From: Eledone cirrhosa
Taxonomy: Eukaryota
Direction: 5' to 3'
Assembly: GCA_964016885.1 (NCBI GenBank)
Contig: OZ024750.1
Location: 10,044,001 to 10,108,000 of the forward strand
DNA: 64,000 nt
In this document: piece by piece, positions 52,218 to 64,000 of the stretch
Layout: the number at the start of each line of letters is the position of its first letter
Position numbering within the stretch: the first letter of the stretch is position 1
Translations under genes and position numbers: made by a program
Notes under the pieces: generated by a model
Told to the model about the DNA's origin: nothing
Databases searched by the model: none
Seen by the model: the letters and a program-made list of their open reading frames with translations, nothing else

Positions 52218-55200
52218 ATGCTAAGCAGGCATGAGACTTTCAGTCTTTAATAACTTATGGGAGTATTTTTTGTTATAATTGTTATATTTGATATGGGGAA
52301 GGAAAAAAATGTATTACAACTATGCAGGTTTAGCTGGCTTCCCACAATGTTGCATCTCGGGCAATTTCCCTGATAGGGTGCCCTGTCCAATCACAATAGG
52401 CATTGTGGAATGAAGTGTCTTGCTCAAGAATACAATATACAGTTCAGTCTTGGAATCAAACCTTCAACCTTATAGTCATGAATCCAACACCCTAACCACT
52501 TGTTCACATGCCTTAAGTGATATGGTTTAAATGTTTTATCTAATGGGTGTTGCTGCAACAAAGTGAAACCAGTGCCTATACAGGCATTAAACTGATAGGG
52601 ACAAACAATTCACCCTGTTAAATGCATTAATCCTTTGACAGAATGCCTCACCATTGTTAGTAAACACACACCTGTAAAGGAGCCAATTAAGCATTATTTA
52701 TATATCTTAGGTAATATTCCAATAATGAAAGTATTGTATACTTTTATTTTAGACAATCCTTTGCCAATACCACTTTTGTTGTTTATATATTCCTGTGTTG
52801 AACACTAACTATACCTGCATACAAAAAGAACCTAGATTTATATATAAATACATTTTTAGAGGTTTGTCATATCTACCAATGTATTGTTTTCAACCAAAAA
52901 GTTACAATATTTGAAAATATAGCTATCTAAAAAAAAAAAAAAAATAAAAAAAAAAATGAACCATCAGACAAAGCAATTATAAAAAATATTTTAAATGAGG
53001 TATAGTGAAAATGTCAAAGTCTTTTTCATAATCTAGTTTTATGTTACAGCAAAGAGAATGTTTTAAAAAACTAACTCGATCATATAAACCAAAATAGAAA
53101 CCCTTTAATTCACAAAGCAAAATAATGAAATTACCCCCTATTTCAAATATAGGATTGCTCAAATAAACTTGTATTTAAAATGTTTTAAGTCACCCATTTC
53201 ACACCTAGTTACGATGGTAGAATCTTATGATGCATCCCAATCTAGGTGAAGTTACTTAAAAACTAAAATATGATAAAACTTACAGCAAGATGTCCAATCC
53301 CCAAATAATTTTTTATCAATTTAATCCTAGAAAGTGTATATTTTATGCATTTCACCCAGTAAATTAAATGATTAAAATAAGGAAATATTTTTAAGTTGTT
53401 TCTGAATAAAATAAGTTGCTTCATAAGGTTCCCAAGATATTTGATAAAATCAAGCCATGAGTTGTCAGGGTATTAATTTCGATAAATACTTACCATAGCC
53501 AGCTCCATCTTCAAAGGGTCTCTTGATACCCTGTCCATCTCCAGCAGGTTGGTTTATTTTGGCAGCAATCTGATGAAAAGCAAAGTTATAGTTAGTTATA
53601 CAAGTATAACATTTTTAAAAAATGCAATTTAACGTTTATACCAAACCGCCTAAAACAGACCATTTCTACAATACAAAGCTCTAATTTTATGTAAAAACTT
53701 TTCTTGTCACTTAATCTCTCCAAATTGTTTATTTTCAAAATGATTTGAAAATATAGGCAGTATTGCTCATTAGAAATACAGTAAAGATGAGGCTAAACTT
53801 CATCTTTACACATTTCCATCAGTTTAATCTCTCAATTTCATGAAATATATATATACACACACATACACCTGTTTGTTTTTTCATACTAGCAAGGATCAGT
53901 GATGTTTTCAGCTGGATGATGTCCTTCCTGACACAATCCTTTTTTATCTTTTTTAGTTAAAAGTAAAGTAGTGATCTTCACACAACAAACCACTAAGCAG
54001 CTAAGTCACTGCTAAGAATGTCAAATGTGAAACATTGACAAAAATACATATGTACATCATCATAGTTTTTACACCCTTTTATTTTTCAAAACTTACATGG
54101 GGACGAGACATACCCATACCTTATTTTGAATAAATAGCATATACTGCTGATATTAATCAAACCACTGCAGGATATTGTGAATGGGGGAATAAACAACTGT
54201 TAATGCTGATTGTTATAAATATTGTCAATATGATGTTGCAGCACACACTACAGCTTCAAGTCTATCAACTTCACTCACATTGTATAGGTGAGCCCAGAAC
54301 TATAGAGTCAGCTTCCTCTCTACAAACTGCACAAAACTTCACCTTTACAGGAAAAAACCAGCTGTTGTATTATTATCACTGCCTTTCCAGAGAACACCTA
54401 CACGCGTGTGTTCAACAATTTCAGTGGCGTTCATGCTGTGCTTACATCCCGTTTGCCACTTACGAAAGCTCGCCAAATTACCTAAAATTACTTCATGCCA
54501 CAACCAACATGACTGGCATTTAAACATTAGACTTCCAATCAACATTATGGCTGGAACCACCAAGTTGTACTATGGAAGATTTAAATGATATATAAATATC
54601 CCGACACTACTGAATTGCTGTTTTAGTAACACAGCTTACCAAAGTCAAAGTCACATTTTTAACGTTCAAGCATTAGCACCATTTTATAAAAAACAATAAC
54701 ATCATGTTAAACCAGGTAATATTACAATGTATGGAGATTTTAAATTATTGACAATATGAGATATTTTAGAGAATAATCATCAATAATGTTTAATGCCACG
54801 TCTAAGGAACGCTTTCTCGTAATCCATACCGCCATAACTGTAGTTTGTAACACATACGTCTTCCTTGGAGTAGTTACGATTTGTGTCTATAGTAGGCTAA
54901 ATATAAACACGGAAATATTTTTCATAATGCCCTTCGCCTCTGTCGATCAGGATATTATTAGATTCTTTACAGAAACGCAAAAACATGAATTGCGAAAAAA
55001 TAAATTCTTTTAAATGCTATCAACATAATCTCTAAACCTTCAAAAATGTATCTACAGTCCATTCGGAAATTGCATTAAGCTATGGGGAAACAAATTGGGG
55101 TTGGGGGTAGGTACTAAACTAGTTATGGGCTTATACAGCTATACAGCGATGCAAGTACTTCGACATAAGTAATTTAGTTTATTGCAATTGGAAATAAGGA

Positions 55201-57598
55201 CACATGATACATTTATTTTTGTGTACTTCAGTTCGTTGATACTATTATTACTGAATACGTTCAGTCTTTGTAAGCTAAACTTAGACATTTATTCATCATG
55301 CCTCCTTGTAAGAGCGTGATATCATTTCTGTAAACTCGAAAACGTACATCGGCTAAATTGTATTTCAAAAATATGCATATGGAAACAATAACGAGGAGGC
55401 TGTAGTCATTTTTTTATGCCATCGTTTATTCATTTAGACATGGGGAGAGATTCCTTTGTGTCAAGTGAGATGTCTATTCCTGAATAGACAAGCCGACTTC
55501 ATACCATTCCATCGGAAACTCACAATACAAAATTAGAATATCTTACACTATATATATATATATATATATTAGTTACACTTTGAAATAAAATATTTTGCTA
55601 GATGCTTCATGTTATACAATCCCATTGCGCTATGATGTACTACCTACTGGAATTCAACATTTGAATACCTAATAAAACACTCTTCGCTTGAAGGATGGTT
55701 TCTACAAGCTATCTAAGCTAAACTGGATGATGCAACAAGCATCTATGTCAGTTAAACCCACAACATATGGCCGTTCAAAAGTAGATCAGTTGTTTGTAGA
55801 TTTGTTTCTTTTGTTTTTTTAATCACAAAATAGAGATCCTCTCGCGGGTCTCGAATAATCGCCCTGCCTTCTACCTTATTAAATTTTGCTATCTATCTTC
55901 GACGAAATTTTGTTTTAAGCATTCCTGTCACAATTTCCTTTATACATTACAAGAAATGTCATACGTTTTGGGAACCGAGAGTATATCTCAAGTCAAATAT
56001 ATAGCACACTTGTTATGAGGGAAGTATTGTGACTGACTTAAAAACCAACAGTTATGTCCCTTACATCCCAACTAAATAAAGGATATATAAGAACCTTTAT
56101 CACGTGGGACAGCGTGGTCTGCAATAAAGCAAACTAGATTTAAACAAAACAGGTGTAATCATAGTTACAAATACTGATAAAAGACCAAGTTTAATCACAA
56201 TTATCTACCGAGAAAAGACGCAGGTTTAATCAGTTACTGTTTTAGAATTAAGGACCCTAGGTCCGAAGGGAGGTAATCGCGGACAAACCGATTTAACATA
56301 TTGCTTGGAATAGGTGACCGTTTGGGTATGTTTTGTTTTGTTTTTCGAATTTTAATAAGGAAAAAAAAAAGACTTTGGATTTAACAGCAAAATAACGTTT
56401 ATCAACGGCTTAGTGTTTCATTTCTTCAATGGTCGCAAACACTGGATCCAAGCATAAAAATGTTTATAAAGTGTTCATGCCGCTTCAGTGCTGACCCCCT
56501 AATATTCCTCCTAGCAGGGAAAACGGACGTTAAATGTTTTCTTCAGTTTAAAGAATACTACTTAAAAATATGGTTGTATACATTGGATCCAATATTTAAT
56601 GGATCCAAGTTATTAAATAAAGATGTTTCTCTACAACGCGAATTAATCTTTCTTAATTACATGTTTACTTAGAAGAGAAATTACTAGATCTCAGCCGATT
56701 CTAACAGTTATGAAAAATGGTTAAACCTTGCTTCCTGGTTCTCGTAGAACTTTAGTAAATGTGTTTCCACCCAAATAGTATACATTAGAAAAAATTTGTT
56801 TGTTTTTATCATGGTTCTAGATATACACCCACATCTATAATAGGGTGAACCCATACGGAATACATCTTCTAAAACCCATTACACATACTCGGCATTTTAA
56901 TCTAAATACTACTTCCTCCATTAATGGTCGTACCTGTTTTCCACCCTATCTTTGATTTTTTTTTTTTCTTATAACAATAATCGTCAATTTAAAAATGCAT
57001 TAACGCCTGCTTGACTTAATTTTTTCCTTTTTAGATTTTTGGGGGTTTGGACTGAAATATTTTGCCGTTTTTCTTTTTTTTCTTAATTATTCAACCCAGT
57101 AAAATAATAAAACATATCAATCAAAACCTAACTTCATTCATTTATACAAAATAAACCTAATATTTTGAAAGCAGTACGTTGCTGGTATTTCCTGATAAGG
57201 TTAAGTCTTCATACAGATTTCATTTGAAAGCTAACAGATATAAAGCTCATTCTAGAGAGCTGAAGCTGACTTACAGAAAATAAAATATACACACGATTAA
57301 TATATATATACACACACACACACACATAAAGCAATACATGAATTCAGTAACAAAAGATCGAAATGAAGCTACAAATTTAAAACAATGTCACAAAGTAATG
57401 AAATTGATTCACATATTTCCTTTAAATTGATTTTTAAACGATTTCTTTTTCCCCTTTTTGTTGCTTTCTTTTAAAAAGTGTCAAAAATAATTTGTGTAGT
57501 AGATTGTAAATTATATTTTTACTAATCTGTAGCTTCTTTACCCTCAAGCCTTCCTCCACAGTAAAATGGAATAACACTTAGGTTATCCTTATGAATAA

Positions 57599-57645
<47 letters not shown>

Positions 57646-58403
57646 CACACACACACATACATACATGCATGCATGCGTGTATATATATGTGTGAGACTAG
57701 AGTTTATCGATGCCCCCTCACAACTTTAATTAAGCATACTTTGTTGATTATGTTGCTTAAAATTATTATCAACAGCAGACATTATCATAAGTTGTCCGAG
57801 ATCTTAAAACGAAGGATTAAGCAAATAAAACCATTTGTTCCCAAAATGGATTCCGAGGAACTTTCAGTTGTGGCAAAAATTTGTTTTCACCAGTACGAAT
57901 GTCTTTTAACAAAAACTTATTAATTTAAAGAAATAATTTATATCGCTAAATTCTCTCTTTCTAAAAAAAAAAATATAAAATAAAAAAAATAATTAAAATA
58001 AAAATCAATGTTAATTGTATTTAATTTATTAAGCAAAAATTAAAGTGGGGAGGATTGTGTGTAAATTTTAGCTTTAGGTGAAATTCGTGTAAGCGTTCCA
58101 TGATGGAATAAGTTCGGGAACCACTGACTCGTATAACTGTTTGTGGATATATATATGTGCGTGTGTGTGTGTGTGTGTGTACACATACATCGTGTGTGTT
58201 TGATGGCTGAGAGAAAAAAGGGAGTCCTCAATACCGAAGTAGAGTTTTAATATTAATTTTATTTTATTTAGGCTGATTAGAGGGTCTTGTTAATCTGGTG
58301 TTTCGAAAATATATTTACATATATATTCAATTATCAAGGCTGAAAAGCGAGTCTTGTTACTTTGGTGTTTCGCATGTTTATCATAGTATCATCAGACAAG
58401 AAC

Positions 58404-58459
<56 letters not shown>

Positions 58460-59340
58460 GAGAAAATGGTAGAGATAGAGACCAATGTCGACAGGAGAGT
58501 GATGGTAAGATTAGTGGAAGAAAGCACTGTGTGAATGTTTTAGATGAACATGATGAAAATAATTATCGCGAAGAATAAAAAACCCTGCCACGAGATGAAT
58601 TTATTTGGCTCATTATTTTATTTTAAGACAGAACCTTTATATTAAAAAAAAAAACTTCAGTTATGTATATCTAAATAACACAAAAAATAAAAAAAGATTA
58701 GCTGCGATTTAATTTCCAAATTGTAATTACACAAAAAGATTTTAGAAATTTTTTTTAAATTATCCCATGGTATTTAAATGCCTACAAATATATGTACAGA
58801 AGATCAATCGATCAATATATATATAGAGAGAGAGAGATTTAAAATTAGGGTGGTGTTAATGTCTAAGGACATTTAAAATTTTCCGATAGCCGAACCACGA
58901 GGTAAGAGAAAAATGAAGATATGTTGAAATTAAAAAAAAACCAGATCAGGTGATTATATATAGATATGATCGAGGGTAATTACTATACTAAGTTATATAT
59001 ATTCTAGTAAATTATTTTATTTGCTAGAAATATTTCAATCGGTGAAATATGTATAATATATATATATATAAAAGAGGAGAGAAGGAGTGTATGTGCGCGC
59101 CTGGCTTGCGGCTTCACCATAATGGCTAACGTGGTTGATCACTGTTATACACGGAAATTTCACATCTATCTATATATATATGTGAAATATATATATAAGA
59201 CGATGGTGAAGAAAAAACAGAATAAAGGTCATGGAAGGATAATTGAAAGGAAATAACATATCTATTGCGATCGTTTAATATACTCTTACCTGTCTTGCTC
59301 GGGCAACAGCATCAGCAAAAGCTGACTGACTGGGTTCCAT
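24644..59340 (-). CDS. FUBP1: Far upstream element-binding protein / KHSRP / Psi homologue, 19 coding exons, about 761 aa (span of spliced CDS)
   Basis: It has the N-terminal [16 protein letters not shown] box, four KH domains (GKGG, GKGG, GKSG, GKGG loops), an RG-rich linker, a Pro/Gly region and two Tyr-rich AWAxYY (DUF1897-like) motifs. Exon lengths sum to 2286 nt with consistent phases. The symbol denotes the family, as this is likely a co-orthologue of FUBP1/2/3. Confidence 0.95.
26072..26362 (-). CDS. FUBP1: FUBP exon 18 ([15 protein letters not shown] plus Gln/Pro-rich tract)
   Basis: TTCCAG| ... TG|GTGAGT, 291 nt, first Tyr-rich motif. Confidence 0.93.
27025..27125 (-). CDS. FUBP1: FUBP exon 17 ([33 protein letters not shown])
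   Basis: CTGCAG| ... |GTAAGT, 101 nt. Confidence 0.92.
27224..27408 (-). CDS. FUBP1: FUBP exon 16 (Pro/Gly/Ala-rich)
   Basis: TTTTAG| [17 protein letters not shown]...[12 protein letters not shown]|GTGGGT, 185 nt. Confidence 0.9.
27520..27677 (-). CDS. FUBP1: FUBP exon 15 (KH4, [43 protein letters not shown])
   Basis: TTTTAG| ... |GTAAGC, 158 nt. Confidence 0.95.
27765..27969 (-). CDS. FUBP1: FUBP exon 14 (RG-rich linker, start of KH4, [14 protein letters not shown])
   Basis: TTTCAG| ... AAG|GTAAGC, 205 nt. Confidence 0.95.
28738..28998 (+). mobile_element. Diverged SINE 3' part with internal duplication
   Basis: AAAATGCA...AGTACAC..TGT.AAGTG.TTGGTGTT occurs twice, followed by CCCATGCCAGTATGAAAAGCAGACGTAAAA(ATG)n. 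Confidence 0.7.
29080..29180 (-). CDS. FUBP1: FUBP exon 13 ([34 protein letters not shown])
   Basis: CTCCAG| ... |GTAAGG, 101 nt. Confidence 0.93.
29940..30042 (-). CDS. FUBP1: FUBP exon 12 (KH3, [33 protein letters not shown])
   Basis: TTTCAG| ... CAG|GTTTGT, 103 nt. Confidence 0.95.
30953..31170 (-). mobile_element. (CAT/CAC)n tract plus diverged SINE tail
   Basis: Triplet repeat followed by GATGCCATTTCTAACACCAAC, the reverse complement of the SINE block. Confidence 0.6.
32022..32153 (-). CDS. FUBP1: FUBP exon 11 (poly-Gly KH2-KH3 linker)
   Basis: TATAG| [13 protein letters not shown]20[12 protein letters not shown] |GTAAGT, 132 nt. Confidence 0.88.
32998..33048 (-). CDS. FUBP1: FUBP exon 10 ([17 protein letters not shown])
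   Basis: TTTCAG| ... ATG|GTAAGT, 51 nt. Confidence 0.92.
33138..33236 (-). CDS. FUBP1: FUBP exon 9 ([33 protein letters not shown])
   Basis: TATAG| ... |GTAAGT, 99 nt. Confidence 0.95.
33421..33810 (+). mobile_element. Old tRNA-derived SINE
   Basis: Head GGC...ATGGCTGTGTGGTAA, AGGAAGGGCATCTAACCATAG block, and tail ATGCCAGCAAGGAGAACAGACATAAAATGA. Confidence 0.6.
34231..34399 (-). CDS. FUBP1: FUBP exon 8 (end of KH1, start of KH2, [21 protein letters not shown])
   Basis: ATTCAG| ... |GTAAGT, 169 nt. Confidence 0.95.
34919..34976 (-). CDS. FUBP1: FUBP exon 7 ([19 protein letters not shown])
   Basis: TTTCAG| ... AG|GTATTA, 58 nt. Confidence 0.93.
40751..40822 (-). CDS. FUBP1: FUBP exon 6 (KH1, [24 protein letters not shown])
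   Basis: TTTTAG| ... CAG|GTAGGT, 72 nt. Confidence 0.95.
44990..45160 (+). mobile_element. Short tRNA-derived SINE (different family)
   Basis: TGGCAGTATCGG A-box-like and GAGTTCAAATTCC B-box-like motifs, then GATAAAATAAAGCACCAGT...CACTGGG...GGCCTTGTGCC. Related fragments lie near 42880-42970 and 48830-48930. Confidence 0.6.
45926..46110 (-). CDS. FUBP1: FUBP exon 5 (to start of KH1, [12 protein letters not shown])
   Basis: TTCCAG| ... |GTAAGT, 185 nt. Confidence 0.93.
46385..46424 (-). CDS. FUBP1: FUBP exon 4 ([14 protein letters not shown])
   Basis: TTGCAG| ... AG|GTAAGA, 40 nt. Confidence 0.88.
47772..47813 (-). CDS. FUBP1: FUBP exon 3 ([14 protein letters not shown])
   Basis: TTTTCAG| ... 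|GTAAGT, 42 nt, phase 1/1. Confidence 0.88.
49512..49562. repeat. (GA)n microsatellite
   Basis: Seen directly. Confidence 0.95.
51840..52185 (+). mobile_element. Young full-length tRNA-derived SINE inserted in (TA)n in FUBP intron 2
   Basis: Nearly identical to 3032-3333, with TGGCTTAGTGG A box and GAGTTCAATTC B box, and TA runs on both sides. Confidence 0.88.
53494..53569 (-). CDS. FUBP1: FUBP exon 2 ([25 protein letters not shown])
   Basis: CATCAG| ... G|GTAAGT, 76 nt, with a KRPxED NLS-like motif. Confidence 0.92.
59290..59340 (-). CDS. FUBP1: FUBP coding exon 1 ([17 protein letters not shown])
   Basis: ATG at 59340, donor CAG|GTAAGA, 51 nt. Confidence 0.9.
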
Positions 59341-59730
59341 GCTGTAAAACTAAGAATATTTCTCCTCCGCTATACAATGGCGACTGGTCTGAGCGAAGGA
59401 GACGGCGGATGTGGGGGGGCTTGCTTTTTTTTGTGTTTTTTCCTCTACAAAACGTGAAATTTGTTATTAAAAAAAAAAACCAAGAGGAGAGCAAAATTTG
59501 GTCTTTGTTCTGTTCCCGAATAGTTTGGTGCTGTTTCTTTTTTTAATCTATCTCTTCTATTCCGTGAGTAAAGAAGAGAAGGAACAGAGACCATCCATAT
59601 AAATGTGACTGACTGCTACTGGCCAAACTAATAGCTACGACGACGACCTATCACTCTTTCTCTTTCTCCCCCTCTCTATATGTCTCTTACTATATCTCTC
59701 TATCTCACACCACTACCACGTCAATATGGC
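59341..59730 (-). promoter_or_regulatory. Putative FUBP 5' UTR and core promoter
   Basis: Immediately upstream of the ATG and CpG-containing. It has a YY1-like CGCCATT (59376-59382), a pyrimidine-rich initiator-like tract (about 59568-59590) just downstream of TATA-like TTTATAT (about 59597-59603), and a CRE/G-box-like TGACGTGG (59716-59723). The TSS cannot be determined. Confidence 0.4.
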
Positions 59731-62269
59731 AGCTTTTACTACCACCATCTTTTATTCATGTTATTAGTGATGAAATGAATCAACTATGCCGACTCTCATC
59801 GTCTCCTTATTCTTTCTCTTCTAAACCCATTACAACAAACTATTATACTAGTGCTATATAAATATATATTTATATATTATTTTTACTGCGATTTACATTG
59901 TTTACTATATATTTCCGTCGCTGATATTTTCATACCCGTGCACCTGACCTATATGACTATATAATATTATATTATATATATTTATGAAAGTTAATATATA
60001 ATATTTCTATCGATGTCTACTTTCCACTTCATTATTAATCTTCTAAATTATTTAAATAAGTCAACATCTTTTCTCAAACATTATGAAGCAATCTGGCAAC
60101 AAAGCAAATTATATTTCCCCCCTTTCGTTCTTTATTTTTGTCTTTCGTTTCCATTTATATTTCCAAAATAATCTTCCTCAAACATGTTTTTCTGTTTCTA
60201 TTTATTTCCTGTATAAAAATGTCTCATCACCTTCCTTCGTTTTTATATTAAATCTAAATTATTTTCAGTCTCTTTACATAAAACTACCAAGCTCTGACCT
60301 TGGAGCCAGTTTATATTCTTCAAAAGTCATTTATTATAGACATTACTTCGCTTTAGAAACCTACCATTGTTTAATTAGACACAAAGCCTAAATTCTCTCC
60401 ATTTCTTCTCCCCATTTTTTGTTTTATTTCCTGCCACCCACCATAATATAAATATTAATGTAATAACTTATTCTATTTTCTGGTCTTCTTTGTTAGGAAT
60501 AAAGAAATAGGTCACATGATATATCACAGCTACCTTCATTAAATAAATATATATAGATAGATAGATATTTCTGATGTTTTTTTTATTAATTGATTGCATC
60601 TAAATAAATTTTCTGATGAAAAAATTAAAAATCTGTTTCCTTTACAAATACTTTGATAAACCTAAGCATGATATTTCATTAATGTAAAAAAGGCATTTGT
60701 ACATTTCCATACATCGACTCCATGTTATGATAGTAGACTATAAAGAAACATGGCAGCTATGAAGTCGTTATATACACCAACAGATTTTATATTATATATA
60801 TATATATATATTAAAACTGAAAATATATATTTATATACGATTTACATCTGAGATATACTAATTCTATAAATTCTATATATATTATATTTATACACAGTAT
60901 ATAAAATATATATTCAATTAAACACTAATAATTAAAAAAAAAAAACAGCTAATACAGGATAGACTTAACAATAAAATGGATTAAAATATAGAAATTTGTT
61001 TAAAAAATAAATAACATAGATTATCTGGGAAGAGGGTAAAATATTTAGAATTCGTTTTATTCTGTATATAATGGTTCGTTTATTATATTTATTATGCAGA
61101 CAACTTTGTCAGGACTACTATAATAAATGACGTAAAATACATCGTCAGGTCAATGTAAGACATCAACCCCAACTCTTGGTAAATTCTTCTAAGGAAGAAA
61201 GGAAATTGATGTAGACGGTCTAATAAAATACTTGTATATGTTTCCAATTATTAAATCGATGCTGGAAATAAGTTAGAGACCCAGATAAAGATAATTTTAT
61301 AGATATTCATACCACAATAATTATTCAGAGTAATCTATAATAAATATTTAAAAATTCTCTCTACCCATAAGTAATAGAATGAAAATACCATTTTCTACAT
61401 GCCTTATTTTTAACCAAATTTAAATACACTACGGGAATTTTCCTCCCCATTTTAAAAAATTAATTGAATATGTTATAAGACTACTCTTAATTAAACATTG
61501 AATAGATGTGGGATTTCCCATGCATGTAAGTAGTCAGCCTGTCAAAATTAGCATCCTTGTCTCAACAAATAACAATAAATGGTTCTACCAATTTAATATG
61601 TTAGCAAGATAAATTCTAATTTTTATCAGATGGAACAAGATATTGGGCCTCGAGCGAACGGGGAAATCTCTACGTTGTAGCTGATCGACATGCTAGATAT
61701 AGCAGTCAAATTCCCTCAAATCACAAATTAAGAACAGAAGGGACACTTTGGAAATAGATAATCCTAAATATAAAGGGATAAAAATAACGGGTAGTTCTTG
61801 ACTAGAAGGCTTTTGAATATAAGTCTACTCTACCGAATCGACCTGGAAGCTAAACTTTATCAAATTACATTGGCCAACCATTATATCTACCTACTCCTAT
61901 TACAGCTGTTCATTCTATCACTCACACTTTCACTTCTCTGTGTGTTTTGAGAGAACATGATCCTAAGATTTCCCAGAATTTGGAAATAATTACATTCTCA
62001 GACTAGGCCTGGTTATTTTGTGCCAACATAGAAAACTGGCAATGTTCATCAGACAATGCACATTCGGTGAAATGCTTCCAGCTTAATCAACAAACCTGTT
62101 TTCATAAAATACCTGTAAGATATACACCTGTGGCTTAATTCTTCATGTACTATCAATCCACTATCTGCAGGAATTTGGAATGGATGGCCACATTCAAATA
62201 TTGCTAGTCTTGTGTCACTCCCAACCAGCTTTTCTCTCATCATCTCTGTCATGTCCCCTACACCTACAC

Positions 62270-62505
62270 TCAAGTTGTTCCTGTCTACAACATCAGTCTA
62301 CTGGAATCTGTTCCTTGCTAATGTCTTCTAAATACTTAAGTTGTTCCTGTTGAGAATATCTACTGGAATCTGCTCCTTGCTCATGTCTTCTAAACATTCA
62401 GGTTGTTCCTGGAATCTGTTCCTTGCTCATGTCATCTAAACAGGTTTTTGCTGTCTAGAATATCAGGCTTCTGGAATCTGCTCCTTGCTCATGTCTTCTA
62501 AACAA
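62270..62505. repeat. Imperfect tandem repeat, about 4 units of 50-60 bp
   Basis: CTGGAATCTG(T/C)TCCTTGCT(C/A)ATGTC(T/A)TCTAAA recurs near 62301, 62363, 62409 and 62471. Confidence 0.85.
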
Positions 62506-63167
62506 GCATAAACTTCCAGCAATTTAAGCAGAACATCAATGGCATCAACCTCAACAGTCTTGGAAGGCCTGCAAAGACTCAGAGTTAAAAAAACAGCAAT
62601 CACCACCTACTGAAATAACACCACACATACATAATTGATACTCCACATGAAGACTTATCAACAAGTCATACAACTAACATTCTACACAAATACCAGTCAA
62701 TAATATAATATAGACCACAGCACAATACATATTCTGCATAATTTCTATCTGACACTGAAACATATCACATATTACACAGCACATATGAAGCACAAATAAT
62801 CACCCAACAGTAACATAACTCACATGACGGCAACAACAACAATAATAATAATGCGAGAATATTAAAAAGACGGATTAAAGAAAAGAGAAAATTTGTATGA
62901 AATACAATTGGAATGAAGCTTGAGTATTTGTAATTAGCTCTCAACAGTAGCAGTCTTTGGTATAATGTCTAAGGAAATAATGCTATAGATTTTTTCTCAA
63001 TTGAAATCCTTAATAACAGCAACATAGCAACAATATGATACAATATAACAGTAATGACAAATAAGATTGAAATCTATTGAATTCTAAGTAAACAATTCTC
63101 CTTCATTGTAATGAGATGAAGTGAAGATGTGTAGCTTAGTGGTTATAGTGTTTGGTTCCTAAACTGG

Positions 63168-63338
63168 GAGGTGTGTTAGACTCGACGGGTTGTGATGGTA
63201 ACACAATGGGAGGTATATTAGACTCGAGGGGCTGTGATGGTGGTAACACAACGGGAGATATGTTAGACTCAAGGGGCTGTGATGGTAACACAACAGGCGA
63301 TGTGTTAAACTCAAGGGGTTGTAATGGCAACACAACAA
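63168..63338. repeat. Minisatellite, 4 units of about 39-42 bp, within a SINE-like context
   Basis: TTAGACTC(G/A)AGGGG(C/T)TGTGATGGTAACACAA is repeated. Confidence 0.85.
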
Positions 63339-63769
63339 AAAGTGGCCATTTTGGTGCCAAGCACCCAGTCCACACTGTAAAGTGGTCATGTTGGTGACAT
63401 GATTGCCTTCCATATATATACATTTATATATATATGATTTCCTTCCATACAGATCCCATTTATCAAATTTTAGTTACAAGTCATTGGTCAACTCAAAGCA
63501 CTAATGGAAGACGATCAAGATATCCTCATGCCATAGGATTGAACCTGAAATCATGTGAGTGTAAAGCAAACTTCTTAACCACACAGCCATGCCTTTTCTG
63601 CCTTGTTAAATATTTTTTCTGTTTCTTGTAATGCTCACAGTTCAGTTGCTTTGCTGCCTCATTACTCAATATTTTTGGTCGATTTATTCCATTCCTGCGT
63701 TGTTACTAACGATGTCTGTAGCTTAGTGATAACATATATGCCAAAGACCTTCACAACAATTCCAAGAAA

Positions 63770-64000
63770 ATCATCATCATCATCATCACCATCATCATCA
63801 CCATCATCATCATCACCATCATCAACATCATTATCACCACTGCCACCGCCATCATCACTATCATCAACATCATCATCACCATCACCACCACCGCTACCAT
63901 CATTATCATCATTATCATCATCATCAACACCACCACCACCACCACCACTACCACCATCATCACCACCACCACCACCACTATCATCATCATCATCACACCA
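63770..64000. repeat. (CAT/CAC)n trinucleotide microsatellite
   Basis: Seen directly. Confidence 0.95.

Noticed and set aside
62270-63338. CRISPR-like arrays
   Set aside because: The units are contiguous imperfect tandem repeats without unique spacers, the context is eukaryotic, and there are no cas genes.
63751-63996. Met/Val-rich ORF and opposite-strand poly-His frames
   Set aside because: Translation of a (CAT/CAC)n microsatellite.

Overview
This is AT-rich animal genomic DNA. The repeat content suggests a cephalopod such as Octopus, which is an inference. The main feature is one minus-strand gene with 19 coding exons (ATG 59340 to TGA 24644, 2286 nt, 761 aa by manual splicing, all GT-AG and phase-consistent). 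It encodes a four-KH-domain FUBP/KHSRP/Psi family RNA-binding protein. A repeat-poor stretch of about 11 kb follows the stop codon and is probably an extended 3' UTR. The first 11 kb is a (TA)n microsatellite field. It holds two decayed RTE-clade LINEs, each with a twin-priming-like 5' inversion, two Penelope-like relics with inverted pseudo-LTRs carrying hammerhead ribozyme motifs, and tRNA-derived SINEs. The best unexplained signals are the paired hammerhead motifs and a set of candidate poison exons in FUBP introns 5, 6 and 11. The intron 6 candidate is embedded in nested long-range base-paired stems, and together these suggest an unannotated splicing/NMD autoregulatory circuit. All coordinates were read by eye. 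No alignments or folding programs were run.
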